A stretch of 64,000 nt of DNA from Myxococcales bacterium (GCA_016707895.1 JADJGV010000002.1:527695-591694), one strand, 5' to 3'. Shown: positions 40,226-50,773, counted from the stretch's first letter. Made by a program: numbers and translations. Notes: generated from the letters alone by a model not told the origin.

Positions 40226-40385
40226 GTTGGCTCTCGCGTTTCGGGTGGGGGCCCCACGTCTTGTGGGGGAGGGGCTTTGCGAAAGCCCCTCTCGCGGGTG
40301 CACGGCCAGCGTCGGTGGCCAGGCGTCTCGCGTTTCGGGTGGGGGCCCCACGTCTTGTGGGGGAGGGGCTTTTCGAAAGACCCTC
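40226..40385. repeat. Tandem structured intergenic repeat (~95-bp unit x ~1.7) with nested hairpins between convergent genes
   Basis: CTCGCGTTTCGGGTGGGGGCCCCACGTCTTGTGGGGGAGGGGCTTT(G/T)CGAAAG(C/A)CCCTCT occurs twice. Each copy contains the GGGGCCCC palindrome, a CCCAC...GTGGG hairpin and an AGGGGCTTTGCGAAAGCCCCT hairpin. Confidence 0.6.
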
Positions 40386-40388
40386 TCT

Positions 40389-40877
40389 CTATAACGGCGC
40401 GGGCGCGCAGAACTTCTGCAGGTTGTCGCCGAGGCGCTCGCCCGGCTTCGGCACCGGCTCGCCGCCGTGCGACACCATCAGCGCCTCGGTGCGGCACTCG
40501 TAGCGATCGCGGCAGTCGTCGTTGCTGTCGCAGGTGCGCATGCAGTAGCGGACCTCGGAGGTGCGCGGCACGCACTGGCCCTTCAGCGTGCAGACCTCGT
40601 CGAGCGTGCAGCGGTCCTCGGTGAGGTCCTCGGCCGCCAGGTCGCACGGCTTGTTGCCGAACGACGCCGCGTAGAACCGCACGCACACCGCCTCCTCGGG
40701 GCAGGTGTTCCAGTCGCAGCCCTGCTCGGTGCAGTAGCCGCCGGGCGAGGTGGTGTCGCAGACCAGCGCCTGGTTGGTGCCGTCGCCGCAATCGAGGCTG
40801 CTGGAGCACTCGTCGCCGATCTCCTTGCCGCACGCGGCGGCGAGGACCAGGACGGACAAGACAGCGAGACGGCTCAT
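40389..40877 (-). CDS. Cysteine-rich hypothetical lipoprotein
   Basis: Start MSRLAVLSVLVLAAACG. The mature part has about 18 Cys in C-x-x-x-C-like spacing (disulfide-rich secreted domain). Confidence 0.4.
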   Translation of the reverse strand: MSRLAVLSVLVLAAACGKEIGDECSSSLDCGDGTNQALVCDTTSPGGYCTEQGCDWNTCPEEAVCVRFYAASFGNKPCDLAAEDLTEDRCTLDEVCTLKGQCVPRTSEVRYCMRTCDSNDDCRDRYECRTEALMVSHGGEPVPKPGERLGDNLQKFCAPAPL

Positions 40878-40986
40878 GCGGGCGCGCATCCTAGCAGGCA
40901 TTGGGGGGGACACAACCGGGACGGCGGTTGGACTGCGGGGCCCCGGGGTGGGTTGCCTTGGGCCCGCAACCAGGCGATGAGACGCC

Positions 40987-41439
<453 letters not shown>

Positions 41440-41471
41440 AACCGAATCGCCGCGGCCCTGTCTGAGCGGGC

Positions 41472-42851
41472 ATGCGGGTCCTGGCCATCGCCCTGTTCGC
41501 GACCGCGGTCGGCTGCGCCCACCCGCGCCCCGCGCCCTCCGACCCCGCCGCCGACCTGCCGGCCGCCGACGCCGACATGGCCCACGGCGACGACGGCGAC
41601 GACGGCGTGGTCGCCGCGCCTGGCCCCGACGGCGTCGGCGAGGTGTGGCAGGGGGGGCCGGCGGTGATCGATCGCAAGCTCGAGATGCTGCGGCAGCTGG
41701 TGGCCGCCAGCCGTGGGACCGAGCAGCTCGCGGCGCGGGCCCGGCTGTTCGAGCAGCTCGACGCGTCCCCCGACCCCGCCCATCGGGCCGAGGCGCTGAC
41801 CGTCGCCGCCGCGCTGGTCGCCGAGCCCGGGTTCGCCGCGCTGGCCCAGGCCGACGCGGTGCTGTACGGCCACGGCGTCGCGCTGCAGCGCGCCCGCGAC
41901 GACGCCAAGGCCCGCGCCGCGTGGCAGCGGCTGGTGGAGGTCTACCCGCGGTCGCGCTGGGTGCCCTCCGCGATCGTCGCGCTGGCCGACCTGGCCTTCA
42001 ACGACGGCGACCTCGCCACCGCGACCGCGCTGTACCCGCGGGCGTTCGCCGATCCGATGGTCGGCGCCTACGCCCGCTACAAGCGCGGCTGGTGCGCGTT
42101 CAACCTCGGCGACGGCGAGCAGGCGCTGGCCGACTTCCTCGACGTGGCTCGCGCCGGTCGCGACCCGCTGCGCGCCGAGGCCCTCAAGGACGCGGTCCGG
42201 GTCTACGCGCAGGTCGGCGACGCCGCCAAGGCCGCGCCGTTCTTCCGCGCGATCGATCGCGATCACCTCGGCGAGCACCTGCTGCGCCTCGGCGAGACCT
42301 ACCTCGACGTCGGCAAGCTGCGCGAGGCCCGGCGCGCGCTGGCCGACGCCCAGCCGCTGCTCGACGCCGCCGGCGCCTGCCGCGCCGAGGCCGCGATCGC
42401 CCGCGCCGCGTGGATCGCCGCCGACCGCGCGGGCGCGGCCGCGTCGCTCGCCGCGCTGGCCGGCCGCAACCCCGACCCGGCGTGCGCCGACGCCGCGGCG
42501 GCGCTGGCCAGCGAGGTCGCCCGCGCGCTCACCGTCGAGGCCCGTCGGCTCGCCGGCGACCGGGCCGCGGCGATCGCCGCCTGGGCCGTGGCGCGGACCC
42601 TCGCGCCGGCCGGCCCGCGCCGGGCCGACACCGCGCAGGCGCTGGCCGAGGTCGCCAGCGAGCACGCCACCGCCGTCGGCACCGCCGCCGCGTGGGCCGC
42701 GGCCGCCGAGGCCGAGTACGAGGCCGCCGCCGCGGGCGTGGCCGGCGCCGTCGACGCGGCGCTGGGGGCGTGGGGCCGCGCGGTCGCGCTCGACCCCGGC
42801 CTGGCCACCCGCGCCGCCGCCGGTCGCGCGCTGCTCGAGCGGCTGCCGTGA
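41472..42851 (+). CDS. TPR-repeat lipoprotein
   Basis: Lipobox AVGCAH. Repeated A..A...G.....A-type TPR helices. Confidence 0.5.
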   Translation: MRVLAIALFATAVGCAHPRPAPSDPAADLPAADADMAHGDDGDDGVVAAPGPDGVGEVWQGGPAVIDRKLEMLRQLVAASRGTEQLAARARLFEQLDASPDPAHRAEALTVAAALVAEPGFAALAQADAVLYGHGVALQRARDDAKARAAWQRLVEVYPRSRWVPSAIVALADLAFNDGDLATATALYPRAFADPMVGAYARYKRGWCAFNLGDGEQALADFLDVARAGRDPLRAEALKDAVRVYAQVGDAAKAAPFFRAIDRDHLGEHLLRLGETYLDVGKLREARRALADAQPLLDAAGACRAEAAIARAAWIAADRAGAAASLAALAGRNPDPACADAAAALASEVARALTVEARRLAGDRAAAIAAWAVARTLAPAGPRRADTAQALAEVASEHATAVGTAAAWAAAAEAEYEAAAAGVAGAVDAALGAWGRAVALDPGLATRAAAGRALLERLP

Positions 42852-42899
42852 GCCCGCCGACGTCGTGCGGCGCCGCTGATTCGCGGTAGCTTCCGCGCC

Positions 42900-44414
42900 A
42901 TGCGCGTGCGCCTCGGTCTCGTGATCGCCCTCGTCGGCTGCGGCAGCCAGGTCACCGCCCCGCCGATCGTCGTGCCCAGCGAGCCGGTCCGCGAGGAGGC
43001 GCTGGAGATCGACGCCGGCGCGCCCTACGCCAAGCTGTTCGCCGCGGACGCGCGCTGGGAGTTTCCGGCCGCGACGTGGCTGGGCGCCGGGCCGCCGCCG
43101 ACGATCACCTGCTCGGTCGAGTCGCCCCGCGGCTTCGAGCGCGCGCGGGTCGGCTACCTGCGCTGCGCGGCCGATCGCGAGCTCGGCGCGATGTCGGGGG
43201 CGATGCCGCGGTTCGGCGTCATCGCCACCGCGCAGGGCCTGTGGTTCACCGAGCACCTGACCACCGTCACCCAGGTCCCCGACGACGAGGCCGCGGCGCT
43301 GGCGTGGGCCGCCAGCGAGCCGATGCGCATCGGCGCCAAGCCCGCGCCGGTGTCGTACCAGGCCCACGCCGACGCCACCGCCGACGCGCCCGCGATCGAT
43401 GGTCGCATCGAGACCTTCGCGTTCGGCGACGGGGCGTGGTGCACCGCGATCGAGAACGCCGCCGCCGGCGACGCCGGCCGGGTGGTGCTGTGCTTCGACG
43501 CCGCGCGCGGCCTGATCGGCGGCGGCGCGGCGATGGCCAGCCGCGGCATCGTCACCGCCGCGCTCACGTTCGGCGAGGCGCCGCCGCCGCCCGAGTCGGC
43601 GCCGTTCGAGACCGACCTCGACGTCGACGTCGAGGCCGTGACGCTGGTCGCGCCCGGCAAGGGCAAGCGCGCGCCGCTGGCGCTCACCGCCGCCGCCGAC
43701 GGCGCGCAGCCGGTCGCGTACCAGATCAGCGCCCACGCGATCTCCGACGACGGCGCCGGCAAGCCCGCCGAGGCCGACCAGCCGACGCTCTACCTGCGCG
43801 GCACCGCCGCGGTGACGCTGATCGAGCCCAGCGGCCGCTTCCGCTACGGCTTCACCGTCGAGGAGGCCACCGCCACCGGCCCCGGCACGACGCCCGCGCT
43901 CACCACCGGCATCGCGACCCTGGTCGGCGCGGTGTTCTCGACCGCGGTCGATCCCGACGGCCGGGTCGCGGCGCGCAAGGTCGTGGTCGCGCACCCGATC
44001 CCGACCACCCCGCTGGTGGTCGGCCAGGTCGCGCAGTCGATGGACACCTTCGTCGCGTTGCCCACCGCGCCGATCGGCCTGGGCGCCACCTGGACCTCGA
44101 CCTACCCGACGACGCTGCTCGGCCAGGAGGTCACGGTGACGGTCCGCTCCAAGCTGGTCAGCCGCAAGGGGCCGATCGCCGTGATCAGCTCCGACACCGC
44201 GATCGCGCCGATCGTGCAGGCGGTCAACGGCGGCACCGCGCGCCTCGAGGCCAAGGGCACGATCACGACGGTGCTCACCGCGGGGCGGCTGCTGCCGACG
44301 CGGGCCGCCGAGCTGCGGCTGATCGCCTCGGTCGAGCCCACCGCCGGCGTCGCCAACCCGGCGCGCCGCGAGCGCCACGAGCTGCACATGCGCACCCGCG
44401 TGCAGCCGAAGTAG
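42900..44414 (+). CDS. Hypothetical lipoprotein (504 aa)
   Basis: Lipobox LVGCGS. Beta-rich composition. No domain recognised. Confidence 0.45.
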   Translation: MRVRLGLVIALVGCGSQVTAPPIVVPSEPVREEALEIDAGAPYAKLFAADARWEFPAATWLGAGPPPTITCSVESPRGFERARVGYLRCAADRELGAMSGAMPRFGVIATAQGLWFTEHLTTVTQVPDDEAAALAWAASEPMRIGAKPAPVSYQAHADATADAPAIDGRIETFAFGDGAWCTAIENAAAGDAGRVVLCFDAARGLIGGGAAMASRGIVTAALTFGEAPPPPESAPFETDLDVDVEAVTLVAPGKGKRAPLALTAAADGAQPVAYQISAHAISDDGAGKPAEADQPTLYLRGTAAVTLIEPSGRFRYGFTVEEATATGPGTTPALTTGIATLVGAVFSTAVDPDGRVAARKVVVAHPIPTTPLVVGQVAQSMDTFVALPTAPIGLGATWTSTYPTTLLGQEVTVTVRSKLVSRKGPIAVISSDTAIAPIVQAVNGGTARLEAKGTITTVLTAGRLLPTRAAELRLIASVEPTAGVANPARRERHELHMRTRVQPK

Positions 44415-44855
44415 CGGCGCGCGCGGTCGCGGCGCGGGGGTGGCTACGGGCCGACGTCGGCCGGGCCGGCGGCGATCGACTGGTTGAGCGCGGTGACGAG
44501 CGTGACGATGTCGTGCAGCGCGCGTCGGGCGCGCCGCGTGATGCGGGTCAACACCATGGTGACTCCTCGCGGCGCCTCGCTGTGCGCCCGCCTGATTGAC
44601 CCGTTGGTCGCTCGGAGGCGCGGCGGCGTTCATCGCCCGCGCGAGTTTCGATCACGCGGCGCGCGGCGCGCGGTCGCAGCCGCCGACGGTGGCGTCGGGG
44701 GCGCGCTTTACCGTCGCTGCGGGGCGTGCCAGACTCGCACCCTTCGCTGCCGGACGCCCTGCATCGCTCGGCGTGACCACGATCCCAAGGCTGGTGTCCA
44801 TGTCGAACAGCAACCACGACGCGCGGGTGAAGGCCTCGGACCTGGGGCGGCCCTC

Positions 44856-46121
44856 GTGAGCGGCTACGATCTGGGCAGCGGCTTCATCGCGCCCGGCTCG
44901 GCGGCCGACGCCGGGACCGCGGTCGCGTACCTGCGCTCGCCGCTCGCGGTGCGGGTGCGGTCGACCAACGTGCTCGAGGCCGGGCTGCTCGGCGAGCTGC
45001 GCCACTTCCGCGTCGACCGCAGCCGGGTCGAGGCGGTGGCCGATCTGGTCATCGCGGTCACCCGCGCCAACTATCCGAACCTGCGCATCCCGGTGCACGG
45101 CCGGGTCGGGCACTTCCGGGCCGGCGGCGTCGATCGCGTCGCCGAGCTGACCGAGGCCTGCGGCGGCGACGGCGTCGCGGCCGAGGCGCTGGTCGATCTG
45201 GTCGTGGTCAGCGTGCTGCTCGACGCCGCGGCCGGCGACACCTGGCGCTACCGCGAGGCGGCGACCGGCCTCGAGCTGGCGCGCAGCGAGGGCCTCGCGG
45301 TGGCCAGCCTGCGCGCGTTCCAGGCCGGCCTGTTCTCGGCCGACGCGCTGTTGCCGCTGCGGGTCGACGCCGCCGCGCTGCGCGGCATCGACGAGGCCAC
45401 GCTGGGCGACGCGCTGCAGGTGGGGCCGGTCGGCGACAACGCGCTGGTCGGCCTCGAGGGGCGCGCCGGCCTGCTGCGGCGGCTGGGCGAGGTGCTCGAC
45501 GACAACGCGGCGCTGTTCCCCGGCGGCCGGCCCAGCGGCCTGCTCAAGGTGGTGAAGGATCGCGGCGGCGAGGTGCGCGCCGCCGACCTGCTCGGCGATC
45601 TGCTCGAGGGCCTGGGCCCGATCTGGCCGGGGCGCCTCGAGCTCGGCGGCGTCAACCTCGGCGACTGCTGGCGCCACCCGGCGGCCGGCGGCACCGGCAT
45701 GTCGGCCGGGCTGGTGCCGTTCCACCAGCTCTCGCAGTGGCTCGCCTACTCGCTGTTCGAGCCGTTCGAGCTGGGCGGCGTCAAGGTCGTGCAGCACGGC
45801 GCCATGACCGGCCTGCCCGAGCACCGCAACGGCGGCCTGCTGCTCGACCTCGGCGTGCTCGTCCCGCGCTACGACGCCATCACCCGCAACCTCTACCCGG
45901 TCGACGCCGAGGTCGTCGTCGAGTGGCGCGCGCTGACCGTCGCCCTGCTCGACTGGGTCGCCGACGCCGTCCGCGAGAAGCTGCAGGTCACGCCCGACCA
46001 GCTGCCGCTCGCCCGCATCCTCGAGGGCGGCACCTGGCACGCCGGCCGCCAGCTCGCCCGCGAGCGCCGCCCCGGCGGCGGCTCGCCGATCCGCGTCGAG
46101 AGCGACGGCACCGTCTTCTAG
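44856..46121 (+). CDS. Conserved hypothetical protein (possibly DUF1688/URC4-like; family assignment from memory, low certainty)
   Basis: The in-frame GTG at 44856 removes an R-rich junk N-terminus. The 422-aa product has a conserved-looking C-terminus ...RPGGGSPIRVESDGTVF. Confidence 0.5.
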   Translation: MSGYDLGSGFIAPGSAADAGTAVAYLRSPLAVRVRSTNVLEAGLLGELRHFRVDRSRVEAVADLVIAVTRANYPNLRIPVHGRVGHFRAGGVDRVAELTEACGGDGVAAEALVDLVVVSVLLDAAAGDTWRYREAATGLELARSEGLAVASLRAFQAGLFSADALLPLRVDAAALRGIDEATLGDALQVGPVGDNALVGLEGRAGLLRRLGEVLDDNAALFPGGRPSGLLKVVKDRGGEVRAADLLGDLLEGLGPIWPGRLELGGVNLGDCWRHPAAGGTGMSAGLVPFHQLSQWLAYSLFEPFELGGVKVVQHGAMTGLPEHRNGGLLLDLGVLVPRYDAITRNLYPVDAEVVVEWRALTVALLDWVADAVREKLQVTPDQLPLARILEGGTWHAGRQLARERRPGGGSPIRVESDGTVF

Positions 46122-46185
46122 CCAGCCCCCAGCCGGGTCGCCCGTCGGGTCGTCGCCCGCCGCGGGGTCGCCCGCCGCCGGGTCG

Positions 46186-47545
46186 CAGCGACTCGGATCA
46201 TGGGTCGCCCGCCGCCGGGTCGGGTCGGGTCGCCCGCCCGCCGCCGGGTCGCAGCGACTCGGATCGTGGCGACTCGGATCGTGGCGACGCTCGCCAGGCC
46301 GGCATGCGTCGCACCTCGCTGACCAGGTTCCGGCGGCTGGGATCGACGCGACAACGCAAGCGGGCGGCTAGACCACGCGCGGGATCGCGGCAAAGAGTGG
46401 CCCCGCGGCGACGCGGTGGGCGCGCGCTATCGGCGCAATCAAGCGGCTGGAGGCGCTGTCAGGTGCGGACCACGGAGGCCGCGGCGTCGGGGCCGAGCTG
46501 CCATGGGAGGACGAAGGCCGTCGGTGGCGCGATGTAGAAGCGCGCGCGGGCGAGGGCCCCGTGTGGGTAGGCGCTGCAGAACGCTCGCTTGGCTGGCTCG
46601 CGCTGCTTGGAGTCGTGCGATGTCGCCCTGCGGTAGTGGTCGCGAAACGTGCGGTACGCGGTGCGGTACCGCTGCACCGCCGCAAGTGTCGAGGCGTGGC
46701 AGAGGGGCGCGGCGGAGCGCTCGACGTCGGCGGGGCGCTCGTCGGGGGACTGGCTGCGAACCCACTTGGCGCCGCGGGGTTTGGTGTGGGCGTACTCCTG
46801 CTCGATGCTGGCAACCAGCTGTTCGTGCGCCGCGCGTAGGGCTTTGGCGGAGCGCTTCTCCCCAGACCGGTAGCGGCGCGAGCCTGATCGGGACCGACTC
46901 GCCGAGCTCCTCTTCGGGGAGTGGACGCGCGCGCTTGGCGTTGCGGCGGCGGACGTCGAGAGACGTGTACGTTGCGGGCAGGGCCATGTCGCCGAGCAGC
47001 GCCGGGGTCGAAGAGGCGCCCTCCCAGTCCTTCGGCGAGGCCACCAGCCCCGCCTTGGGGCCCTGCGCCAGGAGGTAGCGCAGGCGGGCGATCTGGGCGT
47101 CGTCATCGACCACCGCGATCACCATGCCGCGTCGGCTCCAGAACGGACCTGTGCGCTGGCGGAGCTGGTTGATCTGTCGGGCGATGTTGGCGTGAACGAA
47201 GTCCAGGAAGAGCGGGAGTTGCGCCGGCTCGGTGGCCGAGACGAGGTAGTGGAGGTGGTTCGAGGGCGTTTCGAAGCCGTGGAGACGTACGCCCGGGTAG
47301 TGCTTGAGGGCCTTGCCGAAGACGCCCAGCACGATGGCGCGACATCGAGGATCTGGACGAAGCCAGAAGCGCCCCTCCAGCGTCTTGATCGTCACCTCGA
47401 GCAGCATCAACGGCAGATACCAGCGGATCCGATGCGCCATGCGCGAGCTATCGGCCGCGCTCGCTTGCGGTTGCGTCATTCGCGGTTGCAGCGACTCGGA
47501 TCGGGGTCGCAGCGACTCGGATCGGGGTCGCAGCGACTCGGAGGG
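46186..47545. mobile_element. IS200/IS605-family (or REP-associated tyrosine transposase, RAYT) element: HuH transposase gene flanked by arrays of a 21-nt repeat
   Basis: GCAGCGACTCGGATCGGGGTC-type units occur x3 at 47483-47545. Degenerate copies (GGTCGCAGCGACTCGGATC, GGCGACTCGGATCGT) occur at 46186-46300 on the other side of the transposase ORF. Confidence 0.45.
46439..47479 (-). CDS. IS200-like Y1 HuH transposase (TnpA/RAYT-like) with long low-complexity C-terminal extension
   Basis: HuH motif SNHLHYLV, and FWSRRGMVIAVVDDDAQIARLRYLLAQ (catalytic-Tyr helix region) in the first ~165 aa. The remaining ~180 aa are Arg/Pro-rich and may reflect a decayed or extended frame. Confidence 0.55.
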   Translation of the reverse strand: MTQPQASAADSSRMAHRIRWYLPLMLLEVTIKTLEGRFWLRPDPRCRAIVLGVFGKALKHYPGVRLHGFETPSNHLHYLVSATEPAQLPLFLDFVHANIARQINQLRQRTGPFWSRRGMVIAVVDDDAQIARLRYLLAQGPKAGLVASPKDWEGASSTPALLGDMALPATYTSLDVRRRNAKRARPLPEEELGESVPIRLAPLPVWGEALRQSPTRGARTAGCQHRAGVRPHQTPRRQVGSQPVPRRAPRRRRALRRAPLPRLDTCGGAAVPHRVPHVSRPLPQGDIARLQAARASQASVLQRLPTRGPRPRALLHRATDGLRPPMAARPRRRGLRGPHLTAPPAA

Positions 47546-47575
47546 AGCTTGGCGACCCCGGCCAGGGCGGGGGCC

Positions 47576-48649
47576 TCAGCCGGCGGCAGGCGCTGGGTCG
47601 TGGGTGACGGCCCAGCCGAACTCGGGGGCGAGCGTGCCGTCGGTGTCCTCGACGACGCCGAACAGGCCGGCGACGAAGCGCATGGGGTGGCGCTCGCGGG
47701 TGCGGACGTCGGTCACGGTGACCGGGGCGCTGGCGAGGCCGCCGGGGAGCGCGCTCAGGCTGGGGCCCGGGGTGTCGCGCCAGTCGCGCGGCGCGCGGGC
47801 GAAGTTCGCTTGCCAGGCCGCCATGTGCGGGTTGGCGATGGGCCGCTTGGTGCGCCAGTCGACCAGGTAGGGGAACAGCACGTTGATCCATCCGGTGAGC
47901 GCGGCGCCCATCGAGCCGCTCTGGTAGTGGAAGAACGAGCGCCAGAACGGCGCGTCGTCAGCGCCCTCGGCGGTCGCGACGATGTGATCGAGCACCGGCA
48001 GCAGCGCGCCGGTCCAGTGCTCGAGGCCGTATTCAGACAGGTGTTGGGCCCGCCGACGCACCGATCGCCAGTCGTCGGGCGTGCCGCGCAGCGTGACCTG
48101 CGGGATGCCGCAGCCGCACATCATCTCGTACTCGAAGTAGCCCTGGAACGTGTCCATCAGCAGCACCTCGGTGGCGGCGCGCTCCAGCGGGCCGGTCGTC
48201 GAGAAGTCGGCGACCACCAGGTCGCGCAGCTTGCCGACGTGGCCGGCGATCTGCTCGGAGAACGCGGCGAACGCCTCGGGCCACGGGTTGGGCTGGCCGA
48301 GCAGGAAGTCGGGGCGCTCGACCACCAGCTTCGCCTTGCCGGCGTGGCGGACGAAGCGCGCGCGCAGCGCCTCGGCGTTGGCGTTGACGTGGGTCGCGAA
48401 GCCCTGCGCGATCGTGAACCACAGCGTGTCGGGCGACAGCGCGATCGGTCGGTGCTCGTAGAACGCGTCGTGCGCCATCTGCACCAGCGGCGAGACGTCG
48501 GTGCACGCCACCAGCCGCGCCGCGCTGGCGTAGACCTGCTCGACGCGCGCCGCCGGCGCGCTCAACAGCGACGCGATCGCCGCGCCCCGATCGAGCTCCG
48601 CGCGGGGCCCCGCCGCCCGCGCCACGTCCGATACCGCGAAGGTCCGCAT
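47576..48649 (-). CDS. Hypothetical protein (357 aa)
   Basis: Real start MRTFAVSDVARAAG. The upstream 121 residues of the track ORF are junk-like. Good codon bias. Confidence 0.4.
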   Translation of the reverse strand: MRTFAVSDVARAAGPRAELDRGAAIASLLSAPAARVEQVYASAARLVACTDVSPLVQMAHDAFYEHRPIALSPDTLWFTIAQGFATHVNANAEALRARFVRHAGKAKLVVERPDFLLGQPNPWPEAFAAFSEQIAGHVGKLRDLVVADFSTTGPLERAATEVLLMDTFQGYFEYEMMCGCGIPQVTLRGTPDDWRSVRRRAQHLSEYGLEHWTGALLPVLDHIVATAEGADDAPFWRSFFHYQSGSMGAALTGWINVLFPYLVDWRTKRPIANPHMAAWQANFARAPRDWRDTPGPSLSALPGGLASAPVTVTDVRTRERHPMRFVAGLFGVVEDTDGTLAPEFGWAVTHDPAPAAG

Positions 48650-48737
48650 CGCCCGACTGTATCGGTGAGTGCGCCGCGGTGGGCGACCAACCGCCGGGAT
48701 GGCCGGCGCGCACGGGGCAGGGCATCCTGACGCTGCC

Positions 48738-49658
48738 ATGATCGAACTCCAGGTCGTGCCCGGCCCCGCTGTGACGCGCGAGGCGTTCCTGCGCACGCAC
48801 CCGCCGTACTCGATCGCGCTCGACGGGTACGTGCACGGCGCGCCGTTCCTCGACGTCCGCGACGACGGCCCGCGCCGCAACTTCAACCACCACGAGGCCG
48901 TCGATCGCAGCTGCACCAGCGCGACCTGCGAGCAGGTGCGGCGGGCGGTGCTGCTCGGGCTGTACGATCTGTTTCGGGACGACGGTGGTCGACGGGCCGT
49001 GCTGTGGGTCAACGACTGCGATCAGGACGTCTGCCTGGCCACCTGGATCCTCATGAACGCCGATCGGGCGGCCGAGCCGCTGGTCCGGCAACTGACGCAG
49101 ATCGAAGACCTGCTCGACTCGTCGAGCGGGACGTTCCCGATGCCGCACGATGGCGATCTGCTGGCCGAGGTGCGGTGGGTGTTCGATCCCTACGCCCGCG
49201 TGCGCGCGCGGCTGGTCGGCATGGGCGCGGCGCAGATGCGCGGCGTGATCGACGACGTCCACCTGCGCATCGACCAGTTCGTGATCGGCCGCGCCGGCGC
49301 CGTCCCGCTGGAGGGCGGGTACCAGCGCGTCGGCGGCGGCGCGTGGTGGCTGGTCGAGGTGGCGCATCCCCACGCGCGCGAGCGGCTGGTCGCCGCCGGC
49401 GTGCGCGCCGCGGTCGAGTTGACGGCACGGGTCGGTGATCGCTACGCGTACGCGCTGTGGCGCCGGTCGGAGTACATCGCCTGGTTCCCGGTCCCGGCGA
49501 TCCTCGCGGCGCTGAACGTGGCCGAGGGGCTGGCGCCCGACGCGGCCGACGGCTGGGGTGGCGCCGAGACGGTCGGCGGCTCGCCGCGCGGCCGTGGCTC
49601 GAGGCTCACGCCCGCCGAGGTCGAGGCGGTGGTCGACGCCATCGTGGCCCACCGTTGA
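48738..49658 (+). CDS. Hypothetical protein
   Basis: In-frame ATG MIELQVVPGP. Coding-like composition. No domain recognised. Confidence 0.35.
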   Translation: MIELQVVPGPAVTREAFLRTHPPYSIALDGYVHGAPFLDVRDDGPRRNFNHHEAVDRSCTSATCEQVRRAVLLGLYDLFRDDGGRRAVLWVNDCDQDVCLATWILMNADRAAEPLVRQLTQIEDLLDSSSGTFPMPHDGDLLAEVRWVFDPYARVRARLVGMGAAQMRGVIDDVHLRIDQFVIGRAGAVPLEGGYQRVGGGAWWLVEVAHPHARERLVAAGVRAAVELTARVGDRYAYALWRRSEYIAWFPVPAILAALNVAEGLAPDAADGWGGAETVGGSPRGRGSRLTPAEVEAVVDAIVAHR

Positions 49659-49731
49659 CGTCGGTGAACCGCCGACGGGCGCGGCGGCCAGGCCGTGGCA
49701 GACTCGGCGCGTGGCACGCCTGCGCGACGTG

Positions 49732-50760
49732 ATGATCGTGACGCTGCTGGTCGGTGGATGCGCGGCGCGCGGTGGGACGGCGGGCGGCGGAGCGCCGGGA
49801 CCGCAGGCTCCGGCGGAGGTCTCGCCGGCGGCGACGCCGGGCGGGGGCGGCGCGAGCGCGGGTGCGGCGCCGGTGATCGTCGTCGGGCGCAAGGCCGTGG
49901 TCGACGTGGTGGCGGACGACGCGGCGGCGAAGCTGCAGGCGTTCGTCGAGGCGCACCCGGACGATCCGCGGTTCACGCCCGACGCGCTGTTGCGCCTGGG
50001 GACGCTGGACCTCGACCGCGCCGAGCGCGCGCTCGACGCCGATCCGGCGGCGGTGGCGGCGCTGGCGACGCGCGCGCAGGCGACGTTGCGCGACGCGCGG
50101 GATCGCTTCCCGGCGTATGCGCGACGCGATCTGATCCTCTACCAGCTCGGCTACGCGAGCGAGCTGGCCGGCGACGGCGCCGGCGCGCGCGACGCGTACC
50201 AGGCGCTGGCCACGACGGCGGGCTCGGCGCTGGCGGACGAGGGCTGGTTCCGGCTCGGCGAGCAGGCGTTCCTCGACGACGATCTGCCGGCGGCGGTCGC
50301 CGCGTACCAGCACGTCGCGACCGTGGCGCCGTTCGCGACGATCGTCGCGTACAAGGTGGCGTGGGCCCACTGGCGCGCCGGCGACATGGCCGCCGCGGCG
50401 CGCGCCTTCGACGCGTTCCTTGCGCGGCCCGAGCCCGACGCCGCGTCGCTGATGCCCGAGGCGCGGCAGTACCTCGCGCTCGCGCTGGTCGAGGCCGATC
50501 AGGACGGCGACGGCGTGCCGGAGTCGACCGCGAGCGACGCGACCTCGCCCAGCGTCGCGCGCGCGCTGGCGTACGGACGCGCCCACGCCGGCGTGCCGGG
50601 TCGCGCGGTGGTCGCGCTGGCCGCCGACGCGCTGGTCGACGAGGCCCGCTACGCCGAGGCCGAGGCGATCTACGATCAGCTCCTGGCCGGCGACCTGACG
50701 GCCGACGAGCGCGCCCGCGTCGAGGCGAGCCGCCGCCGCGCGCGCGACCTGCGGCGCTGA
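49732..50760 (+). CDS. TPR-like lipoprotein
   Basis: MIVTLLVGGCAA lipobox. TPR-like helical repeats (AYQALATTAGSALADEGWFRLGEQAF...). Confidence 0.45.
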   Translation: MIVTLLVGGCAARGGTAGGGAPGPQAPAEVSPAATPGGGGASAGAAPVIVVGRKAVVDVVADDAAAKLQAFVEAHPDDPRFTPDALLRLGTLDLDRAERALDADPAAVAALATRAQATLRDARDRFPAYARRDLILYQLGYASELAGDGAGARDAYQALATTAGSALADEGWFRLGEQAFLDDDLPAAVAAYQHVATVAPFATIVAYKVAWAHWRAGDMAAAARAFDAFLARPEPDAASLMPEARQYLALALVEADQDGDGVPESTASDATSPSVARALAYGRAHAGVPGRAVVALAADALVDEARYAEAEAIYDQLLAGDLTADERARVEASRRRARDLRR

Positions 50761-50773
50761 CCGTCGGCGCGCG

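Noticed and set aside
40226-40385. Possible tRNA or small RNA gene
   Set aside because: No cloverleaf-compatible structure or anticodon arm. The duplicated hairpin core is more consistent with a terminator or REP-like repeat.
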